64,000 bases of DNA from an uncultured Verrucomicrobiae bacterium (GCA_963834385.1 CAWIBO010000003.1:352001-416000); one strand, 5' to 3'. Positions 31,921 through 42,486 are shown, counted from the stretch's first letter. Numbers and translations are program-made. Notes: generated by a model not told the origin, from the letters alone.

Positions 31921-33512
31921 CGGCCGGGCCGGCCCGGTGTGTCCGCGCCGCGCCCCTTGAATTCAGGGGTGCGCCCCGCGAAAAACTTCTGAAAAACCGG
32001 TGCCCGCAGATAGAGACGCGACGTGTCCTGGTAGGGCCGGATGCGAAGCGGCTCGGTGAAATAGGTGTCGCGTAACCGGGCCTCCACCTCCTTGATCTTT
32101 GCCTCCTGCACGAGCAGGAAATCGGCGTCGAGGGTGCCGGGCAGATTATCCTGCTCGTAATAGCCGACCCGGGTGAAATCGCCCAGGACCCAGGGGAGAG
32201 GATAGGAGCTGGGCCGGATGAGATGGCCCACGAGATGATAATTGGCGGGATCTTCCCGGGCGAGAGCCAGGAGCGGGTCGGTCAGCCGATTAATCTCCGA
32301 GTAGGTCTGCACGTAGACGTACGGTTCCTTGTCGTCTTCATAATGGAAGAAGTTGAGCCAGATGGAGTGGCCAAGCGACCAGGCGAGGAGAAGGCTGGCG
32401 AAAAGGACGGCGAGACGGGGCAGCCGCGCAAAAAGGGCGAGGACGCCGGCCCCGAAAAGAAAAAGAAGGGGCCAGACCATGCTGATGATGCACCAGGGCG
32501 TCTTGTAAGGAACGATGCTATAGGCGGCGAGCACGCCCACCCCGTAGATGGCGAGATAACGCAGGGCGACGTTGCGCAGTGTCTGGCAAAAGACGCAGAA
32601 GAGGAGGCCGAGCCCGACCGGAATCTCGTAGCGCCCGATGAGCATCAGCCAGTACCACCAATCTTTCTCGTGGCCGTTGCCGGCCTTGCCGGTCTCGAAC
32701 CAGGCGGAAAAGGTCAGGTAAAGGCCTTTCACCCCCTCCCAGTTGAAGAAGGTGCCGGAATAAAAGAAGACGACGAGAAAAATGGCGCTGAGAACGGCGA
32801 GAGCGAGATCGAGGAAACTCCATTTCTGCTCGGCCCGGTCAAAGTCGGGCAGGGGCGTGATTTTCTGCGAGACCACCGCGACCGGGAAGGCGAGGAGGAC
32901 GCAGCCGAGGTGAATGATGTAGGTCTCCTTGGTCAGGACCATGCCGGCCAGGCCGAGGAAGGTGGCCCAGAGATAGGAGCGGGCGCCGGTTTTCCAGAGG
33001 CCGAGAAGGCCCAGGAGGAAGAGCATGTTGAAGAGGAGAAGCCAGACCTCGTGGATGGAGTAGCGGCCGTAGAAAACGAACGCGGGCGAGACGGCCATGG
33101 CGAGCGCGGCCAGAAGGGCGGCGCCGCGCCCGACCACGACCTCGTAGCGCAGGGCGAGGAAAACACAGCCAAGACTGCCGAGCGCCACCGGGAGCCGGAT
33201 GGCCCAGAGGTTGCGCCCGAAGAGCGATTCGAAAAGGAAAAGAATATAGAAGTGGAGTGGGCCGTGATAGTTGGTCGGGTCGTAGCGATAAAATCCCGTC
33301 CGGGTCATCTGGTCGACGAACCAGCCGTTGATGCCCTCGTCGAAATGCGGGGCCTTGATCCCGAGAAAAAGAAAGCGCAGGGCGGCGGCGAGCGCGAGGA
33401 TCAGCCAGGGCGTCCACCGATTTTCCGCGAAGGCCTCCCACCAGTCGTGGAACCGGGGAGAAACCGCTGGCGCCCCCTTCCCACCCCTGCTAGTAGGGCC
33501 TGCGATGCGCAT
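31917..33512 (-). CDS. TIGR03663/Agl23-like PMT-family (GT-C) membrane protein
   Basis: LRFLFLG..HFDEGINGWF, YRYDPTNYHGP, TKETY, IVPYKTPW; start uncertain. Confidence 0.8.
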   Translation of the reverse strand: MRIAGPTSRGGKGAPAVSPRFHDWWEAFAENRWTPWLILALAAALRFLFLGIKAPHFDEGINGWFVDQMTRTGFYRYDPTNYHGPLHFYILFLFESLFGRNLWAIRLPVALGSLGCVFLALRYEVVVGRGAALLAALAMAVSPAFVFYGRYSIHEVWLLLFNMLFLLGLLGLWKTGARSYLWATFLGLAGMVLTKETYIIHLGCVLLAFPVAVVSQKITPLPDFDRAEQKWSFLDLALAVLSAIFLVVFFYSGTFFNWEGVKGLYLTFSAWFETGKAGNGHEKDWWYWLMLIGRYEIPVGLGLLFCVFCQTLRNVALRYLAIYGVGVLAAYSIVPYKTPWCIISMVWPLLFLFGAGVLALFARLPRLAVLFASLLLAWSLGHSIWLNFFHYEDDKEPYVYVQTYSEINRLTDPLLALAREDPANYHLVGHLIRPSSYPLPWVLGDFTRVGYYEQDNLPGTLDADFLLVQEAKIKEVEARLRDTYFTEPLRIRPYQDTSRLYLRAPVFQKFFAGRTPEFKGRGADTPGRPGR

Positions 33513-34494
33513 TTTGGTCACCGGTGGCTGCGGATTCATCGGGAGCAATTTCATCCGTTATATCCTGCAACATTACAAGCAGACGTACGTCAGTAATGTG
33601 GATGTGCTGACCTACGCGGGGAACCCGGCCAACCTCGACGGGGTGGCGGAGGAATACGGCGATCGCTACGAATTCACCCGGGCCGATATTGCGGCCCCTG
33701 CGGCGATCGAGGCGCTCATGGCGAGCCATCCCTTTTTTGCCGTGGTCAATTTCGCGGCCGAATCGCACGTCGATCGCAGCATCGATTCGCCCCAGAACTT
33801 TGTGCATACCAACGTCGTCGGCACCAGCGTGATGCTCGACGCCGCCCGGCGCCACGGCGTGCGCCGGTTTGTCCAGGTCTCGACCGACGAGGTTTACGGC
33901 TCGCTTGGCGCCACCGGCCGTTTCACCGAACAATCGCCCCTCGAGCCCAGCTCGCCTTATTCCGCGAGCAAAGCCGGGGCCGACCTGATCGCGCTCGGTT
34001 TTCACAAGACCTTCGGGCAGGAGGTGGTGGTGACCCGTTGCTCGAACAATTACGGGCCGTATCAATTCCCCGAGAAATTGATTCCGCTCATGATCATCAA
34101 GGCGATGCGCGGCGAGCCGCTCCCGGTCTACGGCGACGGCCTGAACGTGCGCGACTGGATCCACGTGGAAGACCATTGTGCCGGGGTCATTGCCGCCCTT
34201 TTCGAGGGGAAACCGGGCGCCGTCTATAATTTCGGCGGGAACAGCGAGATGCCGAACCTGGAGGTGGTGAAGCTGATTCTCGATCGGCTGGGCAAATCCC
34301 ACGATCTTATCAGTTACGTGACTGACCGGCTCGGGCATGACCGGCGTTACGCCATCGATTCCTCCTTTGCCCTCCAGGAGCTGCGGTGGAAACCGCTGCA
34401 CACCTTTCGGGAAGGCCTGGAATCGACCGTCGACTGGTATCTGCGGAACGAGCCGTGGTGGCAGCCGCTCCTGGAACGGACCGGCCGCTACTAG
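33505..34494 (+). CDS. rfbB: dTDP-glucose 4,6-dehydratase
   Basis: ILVTGGCGFIGSNF, FAAESHVDRSI, STDEVYG, YSASKAG, DRLGHDRRY. Confidence 0.96.
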   Translation: MRILVTGGCGFIGSNFIRYILQHYKQTYVSNVDVLTYAGNPANLDGVAEEYGDRYEFTRADIAAPAAIEALMASHPFFAVVNFAAESHVDRSIDSPQNFVHTNVVGTSVMLDAARRHGVRRFVQVSTDEVYGSLGATGRFTEQSPLEPSSPYSASKAGADLIALGFHKTFGQEVVVTRCSNNYGPYQFPEKLIPLMIIKAMRGEPLPVYGDGLNVRDWIHVEDHCAGVIAALFEGKPGAVYNFGGNSEMPNLEVVKLILDRLGKSHDLISYVTDRLGHDRRYAIDSSFALQELRWKPLHTFREGLESTVDWYLRNEPWWQPLLERTGRY

Positions 34495-34771
34495 TTGGGC
34501 CTGTTCTGGTTCGGGTAGGGCACCGGGACGGGGCCGGATGGCTTCGTTTTGCCGCCGCCGGTCGGGCCTTTTCGTGGGACCATGTCCCGGACTTTGACGC
34601 TGTTTTTCCTCGCCTTTTTGGTGTTCTTCATGCTGGTTTGGGTTTCCCCCATCCTATGAACCCGAGTGCGGTGAAGGCAAGAAGGAGCTAGTTTTCACGG
34701 CACACGCCCGAAAACCCCCTCATTTCCGATTACTGCGATGAGAAAGGGCCAGCACTTGATCTGCTGGTCCC

Positions 34772-35185
34772 GTGGAACGAGATAATCGACTAATTGTGAA
34801 CATTTTACTGGTGGAGGACCACGCGGATACGCGGATCGTATTCACAAACCTGCTGCGACGCTGGGGGCATTACGTTTTCCAGGCGGCCCGGGTGGATGAG
34901 GCGTTGACCCTGCTGGGCGACCTTCGCTTCGATCTTCTCATCAGTGATATCGGCCTGCCGGACGGGGAAGGGTTTGCCGTCGCGGAAGCCGCCAAGAAAC
35001 AGCCGTCGCTGCGGGCGGTCGCCGTGACCGCCTGGGGCACCGATGGAGACAAGGAACGCGGGCGCCAGGCCGGCTTTGATTATTACCTGACCAAGCCGAT
35101 CGACTTCGGGCGGTTCCGCCGGGTCCTGGCGGAATGTTCCATCCGCCCGGGCAACGGTTCGGCGCCGGTCACGGCGGAAACCTGA
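34772..35185 (+). CDS. Single-domain response regulator receiver
   Basis: ILLVEDH, LLISDIGLPDGEG, AVTAWG, YLTKP. Confidence 0.88.
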   Translation: MERDNRLIVNILLVEDHADTRIVFTNLLRRWGHYVFQAARVDEALTLLGDLRFDLLISDIGLPDGEGFAVAEAAKKQPSLRAVAVTAWGTDGDKERGRQAGFDYYLTKPIDFGRFRRVLAECSIRPGNGSAPVTAET

Positions 35186-35229
35186 TTTTCCCGCTTCGCC
35201 CCGGGGAGAGACCGGCTATTTTGGCCCGC

Positions 35230-36108
35230 GTGACGACAAGCGGGAACATTGTCATCGTGGGGAGCGGCGGCCGGCTGGGCGCGGCTCTGCATCGTGGCTT
35301 CGGGCAAAAAGCGATTGGTTTTTCCCGGGCCGACCTTGATCTGGCGCGGCCGGGAGAGATCAGCCGGCGACTGGACCCGCTGGAGTTCGGGGTGGTGATC
35401 AACTGCGCGGCGCAGACCAACGTGGACCGGTGCGAAACGGAAAAGGCGGAAGCCTTTCGGATCAACGCCGAGGCGCCGGGTGAGCTGGCAGCCTTGTGCA
35501 GGGAAAAGGGCGCGCGCCTGGTGCACATTAGTACCGATTACGTTTTCGACGGGGAGAAAACGACTCCTTACACCGAGGAGGACGAGGCACGGCCCCTCAG
35601 CGTTTATGGCGAATCGAAACGGGCCGGCGAGGAAGCCGTTCTGGCTCAGGATCCGCGGCACGTGGTCGCGCGGGTCTCCTGGGTCTTCGGGCCCGACCGT
35701 CCGAGCTTTGTCGATGCCATGATCGAGCGGGCGCTGGCCTCGGAGAAGGTGGAAGCGATCGCGGACAAGTTTTCCACGCCTTCCTACACGATCGACCTGG
35801 CCGGGATGCTGGCGGCGGTGCTCGACCATCCGGAAGCGGCGGGGTTGCTGCACCTGGCCAACGATGGGGCCTGCAGCTGGCAGGAATATGCCCAATGGGC
35901 GCTCGACTGCTGCGTCCGCGAGGGGTTCCCCCTGAAAACACGGACGGTGGAGCCGCTCCGGCTGGCGGACCTGCGTGCCTTCAAGGCCCGCCGCCCTGTT
36001 TACACCGTGCTCGCCACAAAAAAATTCCAGGGACTTACCGGAATGCAACCGCGCCCTTGGCGGGAGGCCGTGGCGGAGTATGTTGCCCGACTACCCCGGA
36101 AATCATGA
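35230..36108 (+). CDS. rfbD: dTDP-4-dehydrorhamnose reductase
   Basis: GSGGRLG, NCAAQTNVD, HISTDYVFDG, YGESK. Confidence 0.95.
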   Translation: MTTSGNIVIVGSGGRLGAALHRGFGQKAIGFSRADLDLARPGEISRRLDPLEFGVVINCAAQTNVDRCETEKAEAFRINAEAPGELAALCREKGARLVHISTDYVFDGEKTTPYTEEDEARPLSVYGESKRAGEEAVLAQDPRHVVARVSWVFGPDRPSFVDAMIERALASEKVEAIADKFSTPSYTIDLAGMLAAVLDHPEAAGLLHLANDGACSWQEYAQWALDCCVREGFPLKTRTVEPLRLADLRAFKARRPVYTVLATKKFQGLTGMQPRPWREAVAEYVARLPRKS

Positions 36109-36770
36109 AAAAAATGAAATGGATGCTGCTGATCGTGACCGGGCTGGCGCTGACCGCGCCGGCGCGGGCGGAATTGAAATGGGACCAAAAGGAGATCGAA
36201 CTTCGACCCGGACTTAACGACGAGACGGCGGTGGCCCATTTCAAATACGAGAACACCGGGCCGAACCCGGTGACGGTGAAGGCGATCAAGGCTTCCTGCG
36301 GCTGCACCGTGCCGTCGTTGAAATCCGACAAGATCGCGGCGGGCGACAAGGGAGAGCTGACCGCCACCTTCAAGATCGGCAACCGCACCGGAATCCAGCA
36401 GAAATCGGTGGTGGTGCACACGGACGACCCGGCCAACCCGACCCATGTGCTGATGCTCAAGGCGTTCATCCCTTCCCTGCTCGAGATCCAGCCCGTCTTT
36501 GTGAACTGGAGCCCGAATGAACCGCTCGAACCGAAGGTGATCACGGTAAAGGCTGGGAAAGATGCGCCGGTCAAGGATCTGACCGTGGTTTCCTCGAGTG
36601 CCGATTTCGACACGGCGGTCAAGGCCGACCGCAAGGCGCGCGAGTGGAAGATCAGCGTAACACCGAAAGACAACTCGCAGACGCGCGTGGCCACCCTCAC
36701 GATCAAGCCGGACCAACCCGCTTCCGGGAAGGTTTTCTACGCCAGCGCGCGGGTCACCAAGGCCCAGTAG
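36105..36770 (+). CDS. DUF1573 domain secreted protein
   Basis: FKYENTG..IKASCGCT; signal peptide. Confidence 0.85.
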   Translation: MKKMKWMLLIVTGLALTAPARAELKWDQKEIELRPGLNDETAVAHFKYENTGPNPVTVKAIKASCGCTVPSLKSDKIAAGDKGELTATFKIGNRTGIQQKSVVVHTDDPANPTHVLMLKAFIPSLLEIQPVFVNWSPNEPLEPKVITVKAGKDAPVKDLTVVSSSADFDTAVKADRKAREWKISVTPKDNSQTRVATLTIKPDQPASGKVFYASARVTKAQ

Positions 36771-36794
36771 ACCCTGGTTTCGCGCAGCGCCGAC

Positions 36795-37709
36795 GTGATG
36801 GTGCACGTGCTCGATTCGCGGCAGCTCGGCCGGCCCGGGATCATTGCCGCGACCGCGCTCGAGACGAACGCCGGCGTGGCCCTGTTTGATACCGGTCCGG
36901 AGTCGACCTTCGAGAACATTGCGGGGGAACTGCGCGAGTTGAACATGAAGCCGGAGGATGTCCGGCATGTTTTCCTGAGCCACATTCACCTGGATCATGC
37001 CGGGGCGGCGTGGCGGTTTGCCCGGCTCGGTGCGACCGTTTATGTCCACCCGCGCGGCGCGCCGCATCTGCTCGATCCGCGTCGCCTGGTTGAGTCAGCC
37101 ACGCGCATCTTCGGCGACCAGATGGAAAAGCTCTGGGGTCGGGTGGAGGCGGTGCCGGCGGAATCACTCCGCGTTTTGGAGGACGGAGCTGTGGTTGATC
37201 TCGGGAGCTGCCGGGTGCGGGCGCTGGCCACGCCCGGCCATGCCAGCCATCACCATGTCTATCACTGGGACGATTCTCTTTTTGGCGGCGATGTCGCCGG
37301 TGTCCGGCTGGGGAGCGGACCGCCCATCCCGCCCTTTGTGCCGCCGGAACTCGAGGTGGAGCAATGGCTGGAGTCAATCGACCGGATGCGGGGTCTCGAC
37401 GTTGCCCGGATGTTTCTCCCGCACTTCGGTGCGGTCCCGGGACCGGTGGCGCCGCACTTTGACGCCTTAGAGGAACGGGTGCGGCGTTGGTCGGCCTGGT
37501 TCGGCGAAAAGTTTCGCGCCGGGCGGAAGGCGGAGGAGTTGTTCGGGGAGTTCGCGGCCTTCGAGGCGGACGAACTGGTGCGCGGGGGAGCGACGCCGGA
37601 AGGGGTGGATGATTACGAGGCGGCGGACCCGAGCGCGATGGCGGTGACGGCGGGTCTGCGTTACTGGCGGAAACGGCTGGAGGTCGCGCCGGGGTCCGCG
37701 GTGCGGTAG
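36795..37709 (+). CDS. Metallo-beta-lactamase-fold hydrolase
   Basis: SHIHLDHAG, TPGHASHH, GD, PHFG. Confidence 0.9.
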   Translation: MMVHVLDSRQLGRPGIIAATALETNAGVALFDTGPESTFENIAGELRELNMKPEDVRHVFLSHIHLDHAGAAWRFARLGATVYVHPRGAPHLLDPRRLVESATRIFGDQMEKLWGRVEAVPAESLRVLEDGAVVDLGSCRVRALATPGHASHHHVYHWDDSLFGGDVAGVRLGSGPPIPPFVPPELEVEQWLESIDRMRGLDVARMFLPHFGAVPGPVAPHFDALEERVRRWSAWFGEKFRAGRKAEELFGEFAAFEADELVRGGATPEGVDDYEAADPSAMAVTAGLRYWRKRLEVAPGSAVR

Positions 37710-37718
37710 AGTGCGCCA

Positions 37719-38144
37719 ATGGGCTCCACGATCCGACAGATGTTTCTGCTCCTGCTGCTGGCGCTGCTGCCGGCGGCCGGACAGGCGCTTTTTCTGCGCG
37801 AGACCGTCCCCTGGACCGCGGCGGCGCGGGCCACGGACGAGCTGGAGATCCAGGCGGCCCTGGCCCTGGGCGACAAGGTGCTTTGGGTGGATGCGCGCAC
37901 GGACCGTGAGTTTGAAGAGGAACATATCCCGGGCGCGGTGCAGCTGAACGAGGACCGCTGGAACGAGTTGCTCCCGCAGATTTTCATGAACTGGTCGGCC
38001 GACAAGACCGTGATCGTCTATTGCGACAGCGAGCAGTGCAACGCCAGCCGGGATGTGGTCCGGCGCCTGCGCAAGGAGGCCGAGCTGGAGAATGTCTTTG
38101 TGCTCAAGGATGGCTGGAAAGCCTGGCGGGAGGCGCAGCCATGA
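37719..38144 (+). CDS. Rhodanese-like domain protein
   Basis: WVDAR..EFEEEHIPGA, VYCDSEQCNAS, LKDGWKAW. Confidence 0.88.
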   Translation: MGSTIRQMFLLLLLALLPAAGQALFLRETVPWTAAARATDELEIQAALALGDKVLWVDARTDREFEEEHIPGAVQLNEDRWNELLPQIFMNWSADKTVIVYCDSEQCNASRDVVRRLRKEAELENVFVLKDGWKAWREAQP

Positions 38145-38563
38145 TTTGGCGCGCGCTCGACCTGGTCGCCGGGGGACTGTTCATCTGGGCCGGGGTGCTC
38201 AAGGCCCTTGATCCGGGCGGTTTTGCCGAAGACATCTTCAATTACCGCATGCTTCCCTGGACGGTCGGCCTGCTCTTTGCCTTTCTGCTTCCGTGGCTGG
38301 AGATTTTTTGCGGGCTGGCCCTGGTCCTGCGCCGTCTTTATGCCGGGGCGCTGGCGACGCTCCTGCTCCTCGTGATCTTTTTCACCGGGGCCACCGTGGC
38401 GGCGCGTGCGCGGGGACTCGACATTTCCTGCGGCTGCTTCGGGAAGGCGAGCATGGGCTGGAACTTTTGGGTGCACGTGAGCGTGCTCGCGGGCTTGTTC
38501 GGCCTTCTGCTTCTCCTGGCCTGGCGCCACCAGCGCGCCCCGGGGAGGCCGGGATCAGCGTAA
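38141..38563 (+). CDS. MauE/DoxX family membrane protein
   Basis: FIWAGVLK, LPWLE, GLDISCGCFG. Confidence 0.88.
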   Translation: MIWRALDLVAGGLFIWAGVLKALDPGGFAEDIFNYRMLPWTVGLLFAFLLPWLEIFCGLALVLRRLYAGALATLLLLVIFFTGATVAARARGLDISCGCFGKASMGWNFWVHVSVLAGLFGLLLLLAWRHQRAPGRPGSA

Positions 38564-38583
38564 ACGCCGGGCGAACCGCACGG

Positions 38584-40179
38584 CTATTCCCACTCGATCG
38601 TGGAGGGGGGCTTGCTCGAGATATCGTAAACCACCCGGTTGACGCCTTTGACCTCGTTGATGATCCGGCTCGAGATGCGGGCGAGGACGTCATAGGGCAG
38701 CCGGACCCAGTCGGCTGTCATGCCGTCGCGGCTTTCCACCACGCGGAGGGCAATCGTGTTCTCGTAGGTGCGCTGGTCGCCCATGACCCCGACTGATCGA
38801 ACCGGCAAAAGGACGGCAAAGGATTGCCAGACGCGATAGTACCAGTCCGACGATTCCATCTCGCTTTCGACGATGGTATCGGCGTCGCGCAGGATGCGAA
38901 GATGCTCGGGCGTGACCTCGCCGAGAATGCGCACGGCCAGGCCGGGGCCGGGGAAAGGCTGGCGATGGACCACCTCCTTGGGCAGGCCGAGCTGGAGGCC
39001 GGCCTGGCGAACCTCGTCCTTGAAGAGTTGGCGGACCGGTTCCACCAGCTCGAAATGCATTTTCTCGGGAAGACCGCCGACGTTGTGATGGCTCTTGATG
39101 AGCGAGGCGGGATTGCCGGCGATGGCCACGCTCTCGATCACGTCCGGGTAAAGGGTGCCCTGGGCCAGGAAACGGTAGCCGCCATGTTCCTTGGCGCCGG
39201 CGGCCTTGTCCTCTTCGAGAAGCTCAACCGTCGCCTCCTCGAAGACCTTCACGAATTCGTTCCCGATGATTTTGCGCTTGGTTTCGGGATCTGTCACCCC
39301 ACGCAGGAGGGCCAGGAACCGTTCCGAGGCATCCACATACTTGAGGCGGACATGGAAATTTTCGCCGAAGACGCGCTGGACCACTTCTTCCTCGCGCGCG
39401 CGCAGAAGCCCGTTGTTGACGAAGATGCAGGTGAGCTGGTCGCCGATCGCCTTGTGCAACAGGGCGGCGGTGACGGAGGAATCGACGCCGCCGCTCAGGC
39501 CGAGCACGACTTTTTCGCGGCCGACCCGGGCGCGCACCTGCGCGCAGGCCTCTTCGATGAACGAGCCCATGGTCCAGTCCATGCCGCAGTGGCAGATGTG
39601 GTAGATGAAATTCTGGAGGATCTCCTTGCCGCGCGGGGTGTGGTGCACCTCCGGGTGGAACTGGAGGCCGTAGAGCATGCGCGCGGGATCCTCAATCGCG
39701 GCGTAGGGCGAATTTTCCGTATGGGCGGCCGTCTCGAACCCCTGTGGGAGCCGGGTGACCTTGTCGCCATGGCTGTTCCAGATGTCGACCAGTTCGCCGA
39801 CGCCTTCGAAGAGGCGGGAAGCCTTGGCTACGTGCAGGAGACCGGCGCCATACTCCCGGTGGGTGCTGTGTTCGACTTCACCCCCGAGGTGGTGCGCCAT
39901 CAGTTGCATGCCGTAGCAAATGCCCAGGATGGGAAAACCGAGCCCGAAAATGGCCGGGTCGATCTGCGGGGCGTTCCGATCGTAAACGCTGGAGGGTCCG
40001 CCGGAGAGAATGATGCCGTTGGGCTGCGAAGCGCGGACTTCCTCCGCAGTGATGTCAAAACGGACGATCTCGGAGTAAACCTGGCACTCGCGAATGCGCC
40101 GGGCGATGACCTGGGTGTACTGCGACCCGAAGTCGAGAATCAGGATCTTCGAATGACGTTTCGACCCCGCCTCGTTCAC
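38584..40179 (-). CDS. guaA: GMP synthase (glutamine-hydrolysing)
   Basis: [44 protein letters not shown]. Confidence 0.98.
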   Translation of the reverse strand: MNEAGSKRHSKILILDFGSQYTQVIARRIRECQVYSEIVRFDITAEEVRASQPNGIILSGGPSSVYDRNAPQIDPAIFGLGFPILGICYGMQLMAHHLGGEVEHSTHREYGAGLLHVAKASRLFEGVGELVDIWNSHGDKVTRLPQGFETAAHTENSPYAAIEDPARMLYGLQFHPEVHHTPRGKEILQNFIYHICHCGMDWTMGSFIEEACAQVRARVGREKVVLGLSGGVDSSVTAALLHKAIGDQLTCIFVNNGLLRAREEEVVQRVFGENFHVRLKYVDASERFLALLRGVTDPETKRKIIGNEFVKVFEEATVELLEEDKAAGAKEHGGYRFLAQGTLYPDVIESVAIAGNPASLIKSHHNVGGLPEKMHFELVEPVRQLFKDEVRQAGLQLGLPKEVVHRQPFPGPGLAVRILGEVTPEHLRILRDADTIVESEMESSDWYYRVWQSFAVLLPVRSVGVMGDQRTYENTIALRVVESRDGMTADWVRLPYDVLARISSRIINEVKGVNRVVYDISSKPPSTIEWE

Positions 40180-40376
40180 GGGGTGGGCAGGGGACGCGCC
40201 GAATCGCGGTCATCCACGAAGGGATCGTCGCTGCGGTCGATCGGGCCGAGGCGGCCTTCGCCGGTGAAGCCCCGCTGCAGTTGGTCGCCGACCTCCTCGG
40301 GGGTCGGCCCCTCATTGGCGCAACTGCCCAGGATCAGCCCGGCCGCGAGCAGGGCGGCAGGCAGGACGAGTTTCAT
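40176..40376 (-). CDS. Small lipoprotein
   Basis: Lipobox LGSC; stop overlaps guaA start. Confidence 0.7.
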   Translation of the reverse strand: MKLVLPAALLAAGLILGSCANEGPTPEEVGDQLQRGFTGEGRLGPIDRSDDPFVDDRDSARPLPTP

Positions 40377-40467
40377 CGCGCTAGATTAGGAGGCGGCCCC
40401 TGCTTTGCAAGAAAATGCCGCATCCCTTTGCCCACTCTCCCCGGTTTCGCGTAGATTCCCTCTGCCG

Positions 40468-41058
40468 ATGCATGCTCCCAACCGCCGGCTGATCGATCCC
40501 GACCTTCTGCTCGAGGGTTATCGGCTCGGTATTTTTCCGATGGCCATGGAGGATGGCTCGTTGCAGTGGTTTTCGCCGGAACCGCGGGGCGTCCTGCCGC
40601 TGCGCTCGTTTCACCTGCCGGCCAGCCTCGAGCGGACCTGGCGCCGGGGCCTTTTCGAGATCCGGGTAAACACGAGCTTCGGCGAGGTGATCCGTGCCTG
40701 TGCCACCCGCGAGGAAACCTGGATCGACCAGCAGATCATCGAGAGCTACGAGAAGCTCCACGAGCTGGGCTTTGCCCACTCGGTCGAGGCCTGGCGGGAG
40801 GGAGCGCTGGCCGGCGGTCTTTACGGTGTCTCGCTCGGCGGCGCTTTTTTTGGCGAATCAATGTTCCACCGGGTGCGCGACGCCTCCAAGATCGCGCTCG
40901 TCGGGCTGGTCGAACGGCTGCGGGCCCGGCGTTTCACCCTGCTCGACACGCAATGGCTCACGCCGCACCTGCGGCAGTTCGGCGGCGTCGAGGTTTCCCG
41001 GGCGCAATACCTTCATCTGCTCGGGCGGGCCGCCGCTCTTCCGCGCAGCTTTGCCTGA
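40468..41058 (+). CDS. aat: Leucyl/phenylalanyl-tRNA--protein transferase
   Basis: YRLGIFPM, WFSPEPRG, AHSVEAW, FFGESMF, DASKIAL. Confidence 0.95.
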   Translation: MHAPNRRLIDPDLLLEGYRLGIFPMAMEDGSLQWFSPEPRGVLPLRSFHLPASLERTWRRGLFEIRVNTSFGEVIRACATREETWIDQQIIESYEKLHELGFAHSVEAWREGALAGGLYGVSLGGAFFGESMFHRVRDASKIALVGLVERLRARRFTLLDTQWLTPHLRQFGGVEVSRAQYLHLLGRAAALPRSFA

Positions 41059-41067
41059 AGCGGACGG

Positions 41068-42405
41068 TTATTTGACGCGGCGGCCGTGTTTCACGATCAC
41101 GTCGACCCGTTGCAGCAGGTCGATGTGGCGCAGGACGTCGCCTTTCACGGCAATGATGTCGGCATATTTTCCGACGGAGACCGAGCCATAGTCCTTGTCC
41201 ACCTTCATCTGCACGGCGGGCCAGTAGGTGGCGGCGCGGAGGGCCGTCATCGGATCAACCCCGAGGTGGTTCACCCAGGCGTCGAGTTCCTTCCAGGTGG
41301 AGTTGCTGTGGAACTTCATGGGAATGCCGCTGTCGGTCCCGATCAGGAGCACGGCGCCGGCCTCCTGTAACTGCCGGAACTTGTTGCGCACGGTCTTCGC
41401 CCGCAGCGGGGTGATCTGGTAGTAGCTCAACTGCCCGGGGTGCGTGATCGAGCGTTTGATGTCGGCCACGATATCGTCCGGCACGCCCGCATACGCGTCG
41501 GGATCGTCCAGTTGCTCGGGATTTTCCACCAGGTTTTCATAATTGATGAAGCCTTCAATGGTGGGGCACCAGAAAAGCGGCCCCAAACTCATCTGGGCCG
41601 TCCGCGCCGCCAGCGCCTTGAGCACTTCGTCGGGATAACCAGGCGCGGTGGAAAGGCCGGTGTGCTCGAAACAATCGGCCCCGGCAGCCAGTCCTCGGAC
41701 GATTTCCTCCGGGCGATGCCCATGGGCCACCACCGGCAGCTTGTGCAGGTGCGCCTCGTCCACCACCGCCTTCACTTCCTCCATCGTCATCAGGTCCTGG
41801 TCGATCAGCTTGATGATGTCGACCCCGGCCTGGGCGAGTTTCTTCACCTTGGCCCGGCCATCGGCCGCGCCTTTTACGCCCCAGCGAAACGCTTCCGTGT
41901 TGGGATAAGGCTCGTGCTGGAGGAAAGGACCGGAGACGTAAAGCGTGGGACCGGGGATCTCCCCTTTCTTGATCCGGTCCCGCACCTGGATGCTTTCCTC
42001 CAGCGGCGCCCCGAGGTCACGGGCGCTGGTGACGCCGGCGAGGAGAAGCTGTTTCGCGGCCGCGGGCATGATCTCGGCCCCGAGTCGTTTGAGATATGTC
42101 CGGTCCCAGTGATCATAGTCCGAATGGCCGAGCAACATGGTGTGCACGTGGCAGTCCCAGAGGCCGGGGAGCACGGTCATGCCTTCGGTGGAGATGACTT
42201 CGGCGCCCGGCGGCACCGGGAGGGTGGTCACCGTGCCGATGGCGGAAATTCGGTCGTTCTCGACCAGGACGACGCTGTTGGCCAGGGGCGGGCCGCCAAA
42301 CCCGTCGACGAGGCGTCCACCGACCAGCGCGAGCGTTTTCGCCTCGAGAGCGGATGAAACAAAAGCGGCGAGAAGGAAGAGAAGAGAGAGCGTGCGCGGC
42401 AGCAT
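41068..42405 (-). CDS. Secreted amidohydrolase family protein
   Basis: PGLWDCHVH, VAHGH, EHTG, GTDSG, GKYADII. Confidence 0.9.
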   Translation of the reverse strand: MLPRTLSLLFLLAAFVSSALEAKTLALVGGRLVDGFGGPPLANSVVLVENDRISAIGTVTTLPVPPGAEVISTEGMTVLPGLWDCHVHTMLLGHSDYDHWDRTYLKRLGAEIMPAAAKQLLLAGVTSARDLGAPLEESIQVRDRIKKGEIPGPTLYVSGPFLQHEPYPNTEAFRWGVKGAADGRAKVKKLAQAGVDIIKLIDQDLMTMEEVKAVVDEAHLHKLPVVAHGHRPEEIVRGLAAGADCFEHTGLSTAPGYPDEVLKALAARTAQMSLGPLFWCPTIEGFINYENLVENPEQLDDPDAYAGVPDDIVADIKRSITHPGQLSYYQITPLRAKTVRNKFRQLQEAGAVLLIGTDSGIPMKFHSNSTWKELDAWVNHLGVDPMTALRAATYWPAVQMKVDKDYGSVSVGKYADIIAVKGDVLRHIDLLQRVDVIVKHGRRVK

Positions 42406-42486
42406 GCCGGGACGCTACGCCAGCGCGGGCCTGCTGACGAGTTGGGAAATCATTTTTTGGGAGCGAAGGCCGTGACCGCAAAGAAG

